DNA of 64,000 nucleotides from an uncultured bacterium (lineage in GTDB: Bacteria; Acidobacteriota; Thermoanaerobaculia; Multivoradales; JAHZIX01): contig CBDUPA010000017.1 in NCBI GenBank assembly GCA_965368975.1, positions 86,325-150,324 on the forward strand, written 5' to 3'. A program made the translations under genes and the position numbers. Of this stretch, positions 17,903 to 27,982 are shown one piece after another. How positions within the stretch are numbered: position 1 is the first letter of the stretch; each line of letters opens with the position of its first letter. The notes beneath the pieces were generated by a model, which was not told the origin of the DNA, searched no databases, and saw only the letters and a list, made by a program, of their open reading frames with translations.

Positions 17903-18335
17903 GTCGAGCGACCGGGCCGGCAAGAAGGGGCCACCGCCGCCGCCCGACCCGGACAACGGCCGCTACCAGGGCCGCAGCATCGCCCGCCGCTTCGAATCAC
18001 CGGACGGCTTCATCGTCCTGGTCGGCAAGAGCGCCAGCGACAACGATCTCCTGTCCCTCAAACTGGCGTCGCCCCGAGACTTCTGGCTGCACCTGGCCGG
18101 TGATTCCGGCTCTCACGTCGTCGTGCGCAATCCCGATGGCCTCGATCGGCTGCCCCGAGACACGGAGCGCTATGCCGCCGGTCTGGCCGCTGGCTATTCG
18201 AAAGCGCGCAAAGCCGGTAGAGTCTCCGTCCACCTGACCACCTGCGACCAGGTCAGCAAGCCAAGAGGCCTGCCGCCGGGCAAGGTCGTGCTCGGCCGCT
18301 ACCGCAGCTTGCAGGTCGAGCCGCTGCGCGAATAG
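17889..18335 (+). CDS. Stand-alone NFACT RNA-binding domain protein (DUF814)
   Basis: VGKSASDNDLL, DFWLH, GSHVVV, AAGYSKAR, VSKPRG.PPGKV. Confidence 0.85.
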   Translation: MASGRSSDRAGKKGPPPPPDPDNGRYQGRSIARRFESPDGFIVLVGKSASDNDLLSLKLASPRDFWLHLAGDSGSHVVVRNPDGLDRLPRDTERYAAGLAAGYSKARKAGRVSVHLTTCDQVSKPRGLPPGKVVLGRYRSLQVEPLRE

Positions 18336-18348
18336 GGTCAACACGAAT

Positions 18349-19776
18349 ATGCCTTTCCCTGAAGATCCCAGGTCGCCTGGCCACGAGTCGCCCGAGCCCG
18401 AGTTGCGCGTGCGAATCCGTCGGGAGCGTACCGTGATGGTGGCCGGGACGCAGGGTGGCGGTCGTTCGAAGCACCGAGTCTGGCGCCCCCTGGCTCTCGG
18501 GCTCTTGGTCGCCACCGCCCTGGCGTGCTTCATTGCCATCTGGGCGCTGCACGAGTTGAACCTGGTCGAAGCGGAACTCGTGACGCTGGAAGAGCGGATG
18601 CCTGCCGAGCGTCCCGAGCGCCCCGACCGGATGCGGATGCAGCGTGTGACCTTCGCGGCGCTCCCCGGCTGGACCCAGGATGACGTCGCGGCGGCCTTGC
18701 CGGCAATGCAGCGCTCGTGCCGGGCGCTGTCGCGCCAGCCGTCCGAGCGCGAGGCGGCGCCGCAAGTGCTGGCAGGGACGCCGGAAGCGACCACGATCGC
18801 GGACTGGCGCCGTGCGTGCGATGGTGTCGACGGAGTGGTGCCCGATCCGCAAGCTGTGCGCGTCTTTCTGCAAGAGCGCTTCGAGCCCTGGGCGGTGGCA
18901 AACTGGTTGAAGCGCGAAGGCTTGTTCACCGGCTACTACGAGCCGTTGCTCGATGGTAGTCGCCAGCGTAGCCGCCGCTACTCGATTCCACTCTACCGGC
19001 CGCCCGGCGACATCATCTCGGTCGACCTGGGCGAGTTCCGCGACGAGTTCGAAGGTCGACGTATCGCGGGTCGCATGTCCGGCGGACGCCTGCGGCCTTA
19101 CCACGATCGCGCCGCCATCGATCGCGGCGCCCTTGCCGGACGCGGCCTGGAATTGCTGTGGCTCGACGATCCCGTTGACGCCTTCTTCTTGCACATTCAA
19201 GGTTCCGGACGCGTACGCATGGCGGGCGGAGGCATGACGCGTGTCGGCTATGCGGGGCAGAACGGGCACGCCTACTTCGCTATCGGCCGCGAGCTGATCG
19301 CGCGTGGTGCCCTGACGCCGAAGACAGTGTCGATGCAGTCGATCCGGGCCTGGCTCGAAGCGAATCCGGAAGCCGGCGCCGAAGTGATGCGGCAGAACGC
19401 CAGCTATGTTTTCTTCCGTCGTCTGAATGTCGGTGCCGACGAAGGCCCGATGGGGGCGCAGGGCGTGCCGCTGACGCCGGGTCGCTCGCTGGCTGTCGAC
19501 CGCCGCTACTTCCCGATGGGAGCGCCGATGTGGCTCGACGCCAGTGCCCCCGCCCTCGACGCGCAAGCTCCCGACGAGCCGCTACAGCGGCTCATGGTGG
19601 CGCAGGATACCGGTGGCGCTATCCGTGGTCCGGTGCGCGGGGACGTCTACTGGGGATCGGGGGACGAGGCGGGGGAGCGGGCGGGGCGGATGAAGAACCC
19701 GGGGCGGCTGTGGGTGCTCTTGCCGCGGCGTCCGTCGAGTAGTTCGGCGTCGCCGACTTCCGAGGGCTTGCGGTAA
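18349..19776 (+). CDS. mltA: Lytic murein transglycosylase A
   Basis: FTGYYEP, FFLHIQGSG, NASYVFF, SLAVD, AQDTGGAIRG..RGDVYWG. Confidence 0.92.
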   Translation: MPFPEDPRSPGHESPEPELRVRIRRERTVMVAGTQGGGRSKHRVWRPLALGLLVATALACFIAIWALHELNLVEAELVTLEERMPAERPERPDRMRMQRVTFAALPGWTQDDVAAALPAMQRSCRALSRQPSEREAAPQVLAGTPEATTIADWRRACDGVDGVVPDPQAVRVFLQERFEPWAVANWLKREGLFTGYYEPLLDGSRQRSRRYSIPLYRPPGDIISVDLGEFRDEFEGRRIAGRMSGGRLRPYHDRAAIDRGALAGRGLELLWLDDPVDAFFLHIQGSGRVRMAGGGMTRVGYAGQNGHAYFAIGRELIARGALTPKTVSMQSIRAWLEANPEAGAEVMRQNASYVFFRRLNVGADEGPMGAQGVPLTPGRSLAVDRRYFPMGAPMWLDASAPALDAQAPDEPLQRLMVAQDTGGAIRGPVRGDVYWGSGDEAGERAGRMKNPGRLWVLLPRRPSSSSASPTSEGLR

Positions 19777-19825
19777 ACCGGCCGTCATCGAGCCTGGGAC
19801 TGTCGCGGCAACTCGCACGTGTCGA

Positions 19826-19855
19826 TCCGCCTACTCGATCGATCGAGTAGGCGGA
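19826..19855. terminator. Perfect 30-bp palindrome between convergent genes, probable bidirectional terminator
   Basis: TCCGCCTACTCGATC|GATCGAGTAGGCGGA. Confidence 0.6.
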
Positions 19856-19932
19856 CTGACCAGACAGAGCCGCGCATTCATTACCGCGTCAGATCGCGGG
19901 TGGGCGCGCTGAACTCTCGGAGAGACCGGGTC

Positions 19933-20394
19933 TCAGTTGACGGTGACGATCGCGACGAAGGAGGAGATCCCTGGGTCGGTCGGCATCTTCTGTCCGGCGA
20001 CACACTCGTACTGCAGCGTGCGGAAGGCCGTGATCGCGTAGATGCCCGGAGTCGCTGGAGCCTTGAGCGCGATGTTGGAACTTCCCGAGGAAGGGTTCAA
20101 TCCGCTGTACAGGCATTCGCCTTCTTCGCCGGCGAAGCCGACGTAGAGCTGATGAATGCAGGCTGGGCAGCTAGATGCCTGTTCGCCGGTCCAGTCGAAC
20201 GAGATCTTGATCGGCGTGCCCGGGGCGACCTCACCGGAGGCGTGGAGGTTGATGTTCGTGATCTGGAAGTGAGGAGCTTCAGCTTTGCACATGGCCTCGG
20301 TGGTGACGCAAGCGGATGCCGGGGCGGTGGCGCCCAGCAGCAGGACCAAGGACAAGCTAACAGCCAGGATGATAGGCGTCGAGTTGCGATACAT
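19933..20394 (-). CDS. Small secreted Cys-containing beta-sandwich hypothetical protein
   Basis: GGAG RBS, signal peptide, six Cys including CPAC, Ig-like LKAPATPGIYAI. Confidence 0.7.
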   Translation of the reverse strand: MYRNSTPIILAVSLSLVLLLGATAPASACVTTEAMCKAEAPHFQITNINLHASGEVAPGTPIKISFDWTGEQASSCPACIHQLYVGFAGEEGECLYSGLNPSSGSSNIALKAPATPGIYAITAFRTLQYECVAGQKMPTDPGISSFVAIVTVN

Positions 20395-20765
20395 GGGATC
20401 TCCAGTCGTTTAGGCAGACCGGAAGCAGCTCCGGGTCAGGGAGAGGAAGGGTTCCGGTCTCATCTGGTGAGTGTGACCAGCTGTTGATCGAGCAGTTCGA
20501 ACAACTTCTTTGTGCTGGAGGTTTTCCTGTGTCGACAGGATACAGCAACGGCCGAGCCAATGCTCGCCTTCAACCGGATTGCGGGAGTCCGGCGACGGAC
20601 CGAGCAGCTGAGAGCATCGGGCATCAGTCGGTAGTTCCAGGTCCGACTTCCGGGGCCACCGGGTGCCTGCAGGGCAGGGCTCGGTAGCGCTGCCGGGGTC
20701 TTGCTGCTTTGATTCCGGGGAGGCCTGAGATATCGTAAGGGTTCTATAGCAAGAACCCGACAGGC

Positions 20766-21545
20766 ATGTTAGAAAAGATCAATCTCGAATTGGCGCTCCG
20801 CAAGAGCGAATACAAGGCCCGCTTGTCGGTATTGCAGGGACGGCTGCACCAGCTGCAGCGTGCCTGCCACAAGGCGGAGTTGGCGACGGTCGTGGTCTTC
20901 GAGGGGTGGGATGCCGCCGGCAAGGGAACCGCGATCCGCAAGCTCACCGAGAAGCTCGAGCCGCGCGCCTGCGAGGTGGTGGCCGTTCAGGCACCGCGGA
21001 CCGATGAACAGCACCTCCCGTGGTTGTGGCGTTTCTGGCAGTTGCTGCCAAACTGGGGGCACATGGCTGTTCTGGACCGCAGCTGGTACGGACGGGTCTT
21101 GATCGAACGGGTCGAAGAACTCATCTCCGAGAAGCTGTGTCAGCAAGCGTTCCAAGACATCGTGCGCTTCGAGCGCACCCTAGCCGATGACCGCTACGTG
21201 ATCGTCAAGTTCTTCTTGCACATCGACCAGAAGGAGCAGAAGAGGCGGCTCAAAGCCTGTGAGGGTGACCCTCTGCGCAGCTGGATGGTCGAGCCAGAGG
21301 ATTGGCATCGCCATGGCCGCTACGACGACTATCTGATCGCCACCGAGGAAATGCTCGAGCGGACCGAGACCGAGTGGGGACCTTGGACCATCGTGGAAAG
21401 CACCGATGGACGCTGGGCACGGATCAAGATCTTCGAGACCCTCATCCAGCGCATGGAGAAGGCCCTCGAGGACCAGGGGGAGTCGCTGCCCGAGGCGCTT
21501 CCGGAACGCGAGTCCGACGACCCTGACGACCCGGAAGATAGTTGA
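20766..21545 (+). CDS. ppk2: Polyphosphate kinase 2 family protein
   Basis: FEGWDAAGKG Walker A, DRSWYGRVLIERV, KFFLHI. Confidence 0.9.
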   Translation: MLEKINLELALRKSEYKARLSVLQGRLHQLQRACHKAELATVVVFEGWDAAGKGTAIRKLTEKLEPRACEVVAVQAPRTDEQHLPWLWRFWQLLPNWGHMAVLDRSWYGRVLIERVEELISEKLCQQAFQDIVRFERTLADDRYVIVKFFLHIDQKEQKRRLKACEGDPLRSWMVEPEDWHRHGRYDDYLIATEEMLERTETEWGPWTIVESTDGRWARIKIFETLIQRMEKALEDQGESLPEALPERESDDPDDPEDS

Positions 21546-21562
21546 TCCGGGGGAGAGTGCCG

Positions 21563-22330
21563 ATGCTCGAGACGATCGATCTCAACCAGCAGCTGGACAA
21601 GAAGGAGTACAAGCGCCTGCGCTTGCACTACCAGGTCCGCCTACGCGAGCTCACGCGCCAGCTCTACCAGCAACGGCGGTCGCTGGTTCTGGTCTTCGAA
21701 GGGTGGGATGCTGCTGGTAAGGGCGGTGCGATCCGCAGGCTGACCGGTAAGCTGGATCCCCGCGGCTATCGCGTCTTCCAGATCGCGGCCCCGCACGGTC
21801 AGGACCGGACCCACCACTACCTGTGGCGCTTCTGGCGCCGCCTGTGTTCGCCACGGGACAAGCAGGTGCTGCTCTTTGACCGCAGTTGGTACGGCCGGGT
21901 CCTGGTGGAGCGCGTCGAGGGCTTCGCGACCGAGGCCGAGTGGCAGCGTGCCTACCGCGAGATCAACGACTTCGAGCGCCAGCTGGTGCACCACGGCATG
22001 CTGCTGGCCAAGTTCTGGTTCCACATCGACAAGGACGAGCAGCAACGTCGCTTCGAGGCGCGGGCGGAGACGCCGCACAAGATCTGGAAGTTGACCGAGG
22101 AAGATTGGCGCAACCGTGCCAAGTGGGACCTGTATGCGGGGGCGGTCGAAGACATGCTGGTCAAGACCAGCACTCTGAAGGCGCCCTGGACCGTGGTCGA
22201 GGCCAATAACAAATATTTCGCCCGCATCAAGTGCCTGCGCACCGTCACCGAGCTACTGGAAGCGGGTCTGCAGTCAGAGGGTGTCGCGGACCCACCAGCA
22301 TCCAAGGACAAAAAGAAAAAGAAGAAGTAA
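21563..22330 (+). CDS. ppk2: Polyphosphate kinase 2 family protein
   Basis: FEGWDAAGKGGAIRR, DRSWYGRVLVERVEG, WKLTEEDWRNR; poly-Lys C-terminal tail. Confidence 0.9.
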   Translation: MLETIDLNQQLDKKEYKRLRLHYQVRLRELTRQLYQQRRSLVLVFEGWDAAGKGGAIRRLTGKLDPRGYRVFQIAAPHGQDRTHHYLWRFWRRLCSPRDKQVLLFDRSWYGRVLVERVEGFATEAEWQRAYREINDFERQLVHHGMLLAKFWFHIDKDEQQRRFEARAETPHKIWKLTEEDWRNRAKWDLYAGAVEDMLVKTSTLKAPWTVVEANNKYFARIKCLRTVTELLEAGLQSEGVADPPASKDKKKKKK

Positions 22331-22363
22331 GGCCTCTTGGCCGCTGGCGGGTCGAACGGGACC

Positions 22364-22855
22364 TCACTCGTGGTCTCGGTCCGTCTCTGGGACTTTGACG
22401 ATGGTCACCGGGATCGGCGAGAGTTGCACTGCTTTCTCCGCCTTCGAGCCCAGCAAGAGCCTGGACATCCCGGTGCGACCCGCGCTACCCATGACGATCA
22501 GCTGAGCGTCGACCTCCGCCGCCACTTCCAGGATCCGCGTGACCGGTAGGCCGATGACCAGGCGGTGAGGCACTTCGGCGAGAAGTTTTGGGTGGAGCTT
22601 GCGCATGTGTTGCAGGAAGCTCGCCATCATCTCAGCTGCGGTCTCCTCGACTCTGCGCAGATGCTGCTTGCGCTTCTTCGAATGCTGATAGTACCCGGGG
22701 GCCGACTCGGGATCGTGCACGACGTGAAGTGCCAGCAAGGGCGCCTCGAAACGCTGCGCGGTGCGGGCTGCCCACAGTAGAGCGCTCTCCGAGAACGGAG
22801 AGAAGTCGACCGCTACCAGGACGGGGCGGCTACGTCGGGCCGGCTTCTTGGCCAT
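22364..22855 (-). CDS. Universal stress protein
   Basis: VLVAVDFS...LIVMGSAG..G..RLLLGSKAEK. Confidence 0.9.
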   Translation of the reverse strand: MAKKPARRSRPVLVAVDFSPFSESALLWAARTAQRFEAPLLALHVVHDPESAPGYYQHSKKRKQHLRRVEETAAEMMASFLQHMRKLHPKLLAEVPHRLVIGLPVTRILEVAAEVDAQLIVMGSAGRTGMSRLLLGSKAEKAVQLSPIPVTIVKVPETDRDHE

Positions 22856-24587
22856 GTTTGTCGTCTCCCTCTGCAGCTGGTTGCTGCGCGCCGGCTGGCT
22901 GTTGACGGGTGTCGGAGGGCGGTGGGCTCTCCTGCGCGACCAAGCGGGCGATGCGCTTGGAGAAATAGTAGATTCGCTTCAAGGCTTCGACCAATTCCGT
23001 CTCGATGCGGAAGGCGGCCAGCCGGTGAGGAGCGCGGGCTGAAAGACGCGCCATCAGATGGTTTTCGGCTTCCTCGGCCAGGCGGTCGATTTCCGGTTTG
23101 GCGTCGAGGACTTTGCGCGCGATGTCCATGTCTTCGGAGGCCGCCGCCAGGGTCGCCTGCTCTACCGCCCACTGGGCCTTGTCGTGCAGGCCGCGCAGCA
23201 CCTCGCGGGTGGACGGGCTGATCTCCACGTTTCTCGACAGGCGAATTCTGCCGGCGTCGACCAGATTGGTCTCGATTATGTCGCCGATGTTCTCGAAGTA
23301 ATTGGCCACCGCTAGCCGTCGCGACAAGAGCTGCGATTGCACCTCCGTCAGGTTCTCGACCGACAGCCGTCCCAGGTAGGTGACCAGGGCTCCATGCAGT
23401 CGATCCACCTCCTCGTCCATGTGTCGCAGGTCCCGCAGGTCCGCCTCGCTGCCGGTCAGCACGGGATCGATCGCTTCGCGCACCATGGCCAGTGCGGCCG
23501 CTCCGATGCGTCCCAACTCCATGCGCACGAGATCCAGCGCCAGGGCGGGGGTGTGTACCAGGATCGTGTCGAGGTATCGGCGGATCGGTGCCTCTTCGTC
23601 GCCGAGCTTGCGGTCCGGGACCAGCCACTCGACGAAGCGTGCGATAACGGGTGTGAAGCCGATGAACAGAGCGGTATTCGCGACATTGAAGACGGTGTGG
23701 GCATTGGCGACCTGCCGTGGTGTCTCGGCCTTCAGCGCGGCGAGACCTTCCATGCCCTGTGCCACGGGTGAGACCCAGCGGATGAGCTCCGCGAGCTGGT
23801 CGACGAAGCCGATCCAGAGCAGCACCCCTGCGGTGTTGAACAGGACGTGGACCATGGCGGCACGCACAGCCTCACGCGGCTTGCCGATCGAGGCCAGGAG
23901 CGCGGTGATGCAGGTGCCGATGTTGGCGCCGAACACCAGGGCGATTCCGGCTTCGAGCGTCAAGAAGCCTTGGCTGGCGAGCACGATGATGACGCCGGTC
24001 GTGGCGGACGAACTCTGGATCAGGGCGGTGAACGCGGCGCTGAAGAGCACCGCGACGACCGGGCTGTCCAAGTTCTGCATGGCGTGGATGAAGGGCTCGT
24101 AGCTGCGCAAGGGACTGGTCGCGTCCTTCATCAGTTCCATGCCGAAAAAGATCAGTCCCAGACCCATCAGGAGGGCGCCCCAGCTCTTGACCTTGGGTGA
24201 CTTGGGGACGAAGGCCAGGAAGAAACCCGCCGCCACCAGAGCCAAGGAATAACGGGTGACCTTGAAGGCGATGATCTGAGCGGTGATCGTGGTGCCGATC
24301 CCCGCTCCCATGATGACGCCGATGGACTGGGACAGCGACAGCAGGCCGGCCGAGATGAAGCCGACGACCAGCACGGTGGTCACCGAAGAGCTTTGGATCG
24401 TGGCGGTGATGGCGGCACCGGTCAGCACGCCCTTGAAGCGGTTGCTGGTCATGCGGCCCAGCAGATCCTTCATCCGCTCACCCGCGATCAGCTTCAGGGA
24501 GTCGGTCATCTTCTCCATGCCGTAGAGGAACAGAGCCAGGCCGCCGAGAAGGCCCATGACAAGTGCACCGAACTCCAACTCCGCCAT
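22830..24587 (-). CDS. Na+/phosphate cotransporter with PhoU-like C-terminus
   Basis: Two QSSS motifs, GANIGT, helical C-terminal region (ENIGD). Confidence 0.9.
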   Translation of the reverse strand: MAELEFGALVMGLLGGLALFLYGMEKMTDSLKLIAGERMKDLLGRMTSNRFKGVLTGAAITATIQSSSVTTVLVVGFISAGLLSLSQSIGVIMGAGIGTTITAQIIAFKVTRYSLALVAAGFFLAFVPKSPKVKSWGALLMGLGLIFFGMELMKDATSPLRSYEPFIHAMQNLDSPVVAVLFSAAFTALIQSSSATTGVIIVLASQGFLTLEAGIALVFGANIGTCITALLASIGKPREAVRAAMVHVLFNTAGVLLWIGFVDQLAELIRWVSPVAQGMEGLAALKAETPRQVANAHTVFNVANTALFIGFTPVIARFVEWLVPDRKLGDEEAPIRRYLDTILVHTPALALDLVRMELGRIGAAALAMVREAIDPVLTGSEADLRDLRHMDEEVDRLHGALVTYLGRLSVENLTEVQSQLLSRRLAVANYFENIGDIIETNLVDAGRIRLSRNVEISPSTREVLRGLHDKAQWAVEQATLAAASEDMDIARKVLDAKPEIDRLAEEAENHLMARLSARAPHRLAAFRIETELVEALKRIYYFSKRIARLVAQESPPPSDTRQQPAGAQQPAAEGDDKHGQEAGPT

Positions 24588-24715
24588 TCGCTCACTCCTG
24601 TTGCGGTCATTGCTCGTGCGTAGAGTCCACGGGGATTCTGTCACACGAACATCGGCAGCAGATCGCCGCTGCAGCGCGGCAGGACGTCGGTGAAGGGTGA
24701 CAGAATATCCGAACT

Positions 24716-27700
24716 ATGAAGGATCGAGGTATCTTGCCGCGTGTTCTGAGCTTCTTCACTCTCGCGATCTTGACCCTGGCCACGGCTCGACTTGCCGAGA
24801 GCCAGGAGCCCAAACCTACCGTGCCGGCCAGCGACTACGGGCGCTGGGAAACGCTCGGGGCGCCGCTTCTCTCACCCGCGGGTACCGCCGTAGCCTGGGA
24901 GGTGCACCGGGTCGACGGTGGGCGGGATCTGCATGTGCGCCGCCTGGGCTTCGACGAAGCGTGGACGGACGAGACCTGGACGGTCTCTTGGGGTGAAGAC
25001 GCCGTCTTCTCCGAGCAAGGGCGCTTCGCGGCCTGGCGGGTGACGCCGTCCAAGAGCGAGACGGAAGCGCTGGAAAAAGAGGGCAAGCCGGTCCGGGACC
25101 GGGGGGAGCTTCTCGACCTGACGACTGGCGAGCGCCGCGACCTGGGAGAGGTGGCGGCTTTCGAATTCGATGCTACCGGTGGGTACCTGGCCGTGCAGGG
25201 CTCTGCGAGCGAGAAGGGCGCATCGATTGATCTGCACGTCTATGACCTCGCGGTCGGCACCAAGGTCGTCTTTGGCAACGTCGACGCCTTCGTCTGGCAC
25301 GAGGAGCAAGCGCTGCTCGCGTTCAGCGTGCGCGGTGATGGCGAGCGCGGCAACGCCCTGCAAGTGTGGGTGCCGGCGTCGGGACGCTTGGTCGCGCTGG
25401 CTCACTCGGATTCGAAGTACCGGCAGCTCACCTGGCACGAGAGCGCGGACGATCTGGCCGTGCTGCGCTCGCCGGCAGCGTCGGAGGACGGTGATGAGAA
25501 GGACGAAGACGCCGTCGACACCACGGCTTACGAGCTGCTGGTGTGGCAGGGCGTGGCGGCAGTTGAAGCGCCCCAGCGGCCGGAGGCCCGCCGTCTGCAG
25601 TCTGCCGAGATGCCCGTGATCTTCGATGCCGGTGAGGCGATCTATGCCCCGGCCGCCGAAGCGAACGCCCCGAGCTACTATCTGACCGCCGATCGCGAGC
25701 TCGGTTGGTCGCCGGACGGGCGGCGTTTGTCGTTGGGACTGCGCGAGCGCACGGCACCCGTGGATGAGGGGTCCGGCGAGGACGAAGCTGGCGGCGATGA
25801 CGAGGCCAGCAGCGATGAAGAGGCCGGCAGCGACGAAAAGCAAGCCAAGACAGACCAGGGCGACGACAAGCTGGCCGGCGTCCAGATCTGGCACAGCGGG
25901 GACGTCCGCGTGGTGCCGCGCCAGCAGGTGATGGCCGAGCGCGACCGCGAACGTACGCTGCTCGCCGTCTGGGACCTCGACACCGACCGCGTCGTACGTG
26001 TGAGCCGCGACCTACAGCACGAAGCGGAAGTGCTCGAGAGCTGGACCCACGCCGCCGAGACCGACGAAACACCCTACGCCTGGGGCACCATGTTCGGGCG
26101 TCCTTACCGCGATGTCTGGATCGTCGACCTGGCCACCGGCTCGCGTCAGCTGAGCTTGGAGAAGGTGCGCTACACCTGGCCCAGCATCGGCGGTCGCTAC
26201 GTCCTGTGGTTCGACGGCGCCGACTACTGGACACTGGAAGTGGCCAGCGGCGAGCGCACCTGCATTACCACGGGCGTTGGCGTCGGTGAGGAGAAAGCAC
26301 GCTTCGCCGACGTCGATCGCGACCTGCCGAACGATGGCCTGGAACCACCCTTCGGTGTCGGGGGCTGGCTGCAGGACGACCAAGCGGTGCTGCTCTACGA
26401 CGAGTTCGACGTCTGGCGCGTCGCCCCGGATGGCTCGTCGGCCGAGCTTCTGACGGCCCTCGCTGCAGAGACGGCCCTCGCTGCAGAGACGGTCCTCGCT
26501 GCAGAGACGGCCCTCGCTGCAGAGAAGGGTGCTGAAGAGACGATCGTCCACCGCTTGTGGGACCTGGACGAGGACGAAGACGCCTTCGATCCCGACCACC
26601 TCACCTTCCGCCTGCGTCACGAGTGGACCGAGCAGCGCGGCATTGCGCGCTGGACGCCCGAGCAGGGCTACCAGCGTCTACGGCTGGAGGATGCCAACCT
26701 GCGCGACCTGCAGCAGGCCCGACAGGGCGATGGGGCGCAGTTGGAGGAGACCTACCTGGTGCGACGCGAGTCGCGGACTCAGCCGCCTCACCTTCTGCTC
26801 ACCGACGCCGACTTGAACGCCGTGCAGGTCCTGGCCGTGACGAACCCCTTCCTCGACGACTACGCCTGGACGCAGGCCGAGCTGGTCGAGTATCGCAACG
26901 CCGAGGGTGAACGCTTGCACGGTGTTCTGCTGTACCCAGCGAACCACGAGGCCGGCATGCGCTACCCGATGATCGTCTATGGCTACGAGATCCTGTCGCC
27001 GACCCTGCACAGCTGGGAGCCGCCGAGCGAGAAAGACGTCTACAACTTCACGACCTGGACCCAGCGCGGCTACTTCGTGCTCTTGCCGGATGTCGTCTTC
27101 CGAGCTGGGGATCCGGGCGTCAGCCTGGCCGAGACCCTGCGCGCCGCCATCGCCACCGTCGCCGATCGTGGGCTCATCGACCCGGCCAAGGTCGGTTTCG
27201 TCGGCCACTCCTGGGGTGGCTACAGCGCCGCCTACCTGGGCGCCCGCACCCACCTCTTCGCCGCCACCGTCGCGGGCGCGCCGCTGACCGACTTCGTCAG
27301 TTTCATGGGCCAGATCCACTACGGTCCGGGAATCCCCGAAGTCGACCATTGGGAAACCGGCCAGGCGCGCATGGTGGTCCCTTACTGGGACGACATGGAA
27401 GGCCACGAGCGCAACTCCCCCCTCCACGGCGTGCACGAGATGACCACCCCGATCCTGATGATGCACGGCGACTCCGACAGCGTCGTCGAGTTCTTCCAGT
27501 CGAGCGTCTTCTACAACTTCGCTCGCCGTGCCGGCAAGCAGATGGTGCTGCTGGTCTACGAAGGCGAGGACCACGGTCTGCGTCGCGAAGAAAACCAGGT
27601 CGACTACCACCGTCGCATCCTGGAGTGGTTCGACCACTACCTGAAGGGAGAACCCGCGCCCGCGTGGATCACCGAGGGCGTCGGGTGGTTGGATCACGAA

Positions 27701-27799
27701 GAGGAGAAGCGCAGGCTGTCGGGGGCTTCCGAGGCGGAGCCGGCTGCTGAGCCGGAGTCGGAAGAAGCGGAGTCAGACGCCGTTGACGACGGAAGGTAA
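24716..27799 (+). CDS. Secreted S9 family (prolyl oligopeptidase-like) peptidase
   Basis: Signal peptide, beta-propeller region, GHSWGG nucleophile, HGDSD, EDHG. Confidence 0.9.
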   Translation: MKDRGILPRVLSFFTLAILTLATARLAESQEPKPTVPASDYGRWETLGAPLLSPAGTAVAWEVHRVDGGRDLHVRRLGFDEAWTDETWTVSWGEDAVFSEQGRFAAWRVTPSKSETEALEKEGKPVRDRGELLDLTTGERRDLGEVAAFEFDATGGYLAVQGSASEKGASIDLHVYDLAVGTKVVFGNVDAFVWHEEQALLAFSVRGDGERGNALQVWVPASGRLVALAHSDSKYRQLTWHESADDLAVLRSPAASEDGDEKDEDAVDTTAYELLVWQGVAAVEAPQRPEARRLQSAEMPVIFDAGEAIYAPAAEANAPSYYLTADRELGWSPDGRRLSLGLRERTAPVDEGSGEDEAGGDDEASSDEEAGSDEKQAKTDQGDDKLAGVQIWHSGDVRVVPRQQVMAERDRERTLLAVWDLDTDRVVRVSRDLQHEAEVLESWTHAAETDETPYAWGTMFGRPYRDVWIVDLATGSRQLSLEKVRYTWPSIGGRYVLWFDGADYWTLEVASGERTCITTGVGVGEEKARFADVDRDLPNDGLEPPFGVGGWLQDDQAVLLYDEFDVWRVAPDGSSAELLTALAAETALAAETVLAAETALAAEKGAEETIVHRLWDLDEDEDAFDPDHLTFRLRHEWTEQRGIARWTPEQGYQRLRLEDANLRDLQQARQGDGAQLEETYLVRRESRTQPPHLLLTDADLNAVQVLAVTNPFLDDYAWTQAELVEYRNAEGERLHGVLLYPANHEAGMRYPMIVYGYEILSPTLHSWEPPSEKDVYNFTTWTQRGYFVLLPDVVFRAGDPGVSLAETLRAAIATVADRGLIDPAKVGFVGHSWGGYSAAYLGARTHLFAATVAGAPLTDFVSFMGQIHYGPGIPEVDHWETGQARMVVPYWDDMEGHERNSPLHGVHEMTTPILMMHGDSDSVVEFFQSSVFYNFARRAGKQMVLLVYEGEDHGLRREENQVDYHRRILEWFDHYLKGEPAPAWITEGVGWLDHEEEKRRLSGASEAEPAAEPESEEAESDAVDDGR
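26453..26524 (+). repeat. In-frame 18-bp tandem repeat x4 (TALAAE)
   Basis: ACGGCCCTCGCTGCAGAG x4, one mismatch in unit 3. Confidence 0.95.
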
Positions 27800-27808
27800 G
27801 TAGGTTTC

Positions 27809-27847
27809 ACCTTGAAAATTGGGAGTGGCTTTCCCAATTTTCAAGGT
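27809..27847. terminator. 16-bp-stem hairpin after the S9 peptidase gene
   Basis: ACCTTGAAAATTGGGA-gtggctt-TCCCAATTTTCAAGGT between convergent genes. Confidence 0.65.
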
Positions 27848-27867
27848 AGAGACGTGCGCACGTCCGT

Positions 27868-27974
27868 GTAGGGCACTCCCATGTGGCGGCCCTGCGGCGT
27901 AGCCGCATCCGGATCTCCCAACCCCCGCGCCGGCCCAACCCCCGCCCAGGGTAGGCACACGGGCCTACCCCTAC
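27868..27974. repeat. Inverted GTAG-type REP doublet (REPIN-like)
   Basis: GTAGGGCACTCCCATGTGGCGGCCC (27868-27892) and, on the minus strand, GTAGGGGTAGGCCCGTGTGCCTACCC (27949-27974): GTAG tetranucleotide followed by a hairpin. Confidence 0.65.
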
Positions 27975-27982
27975 CCTGAGTC

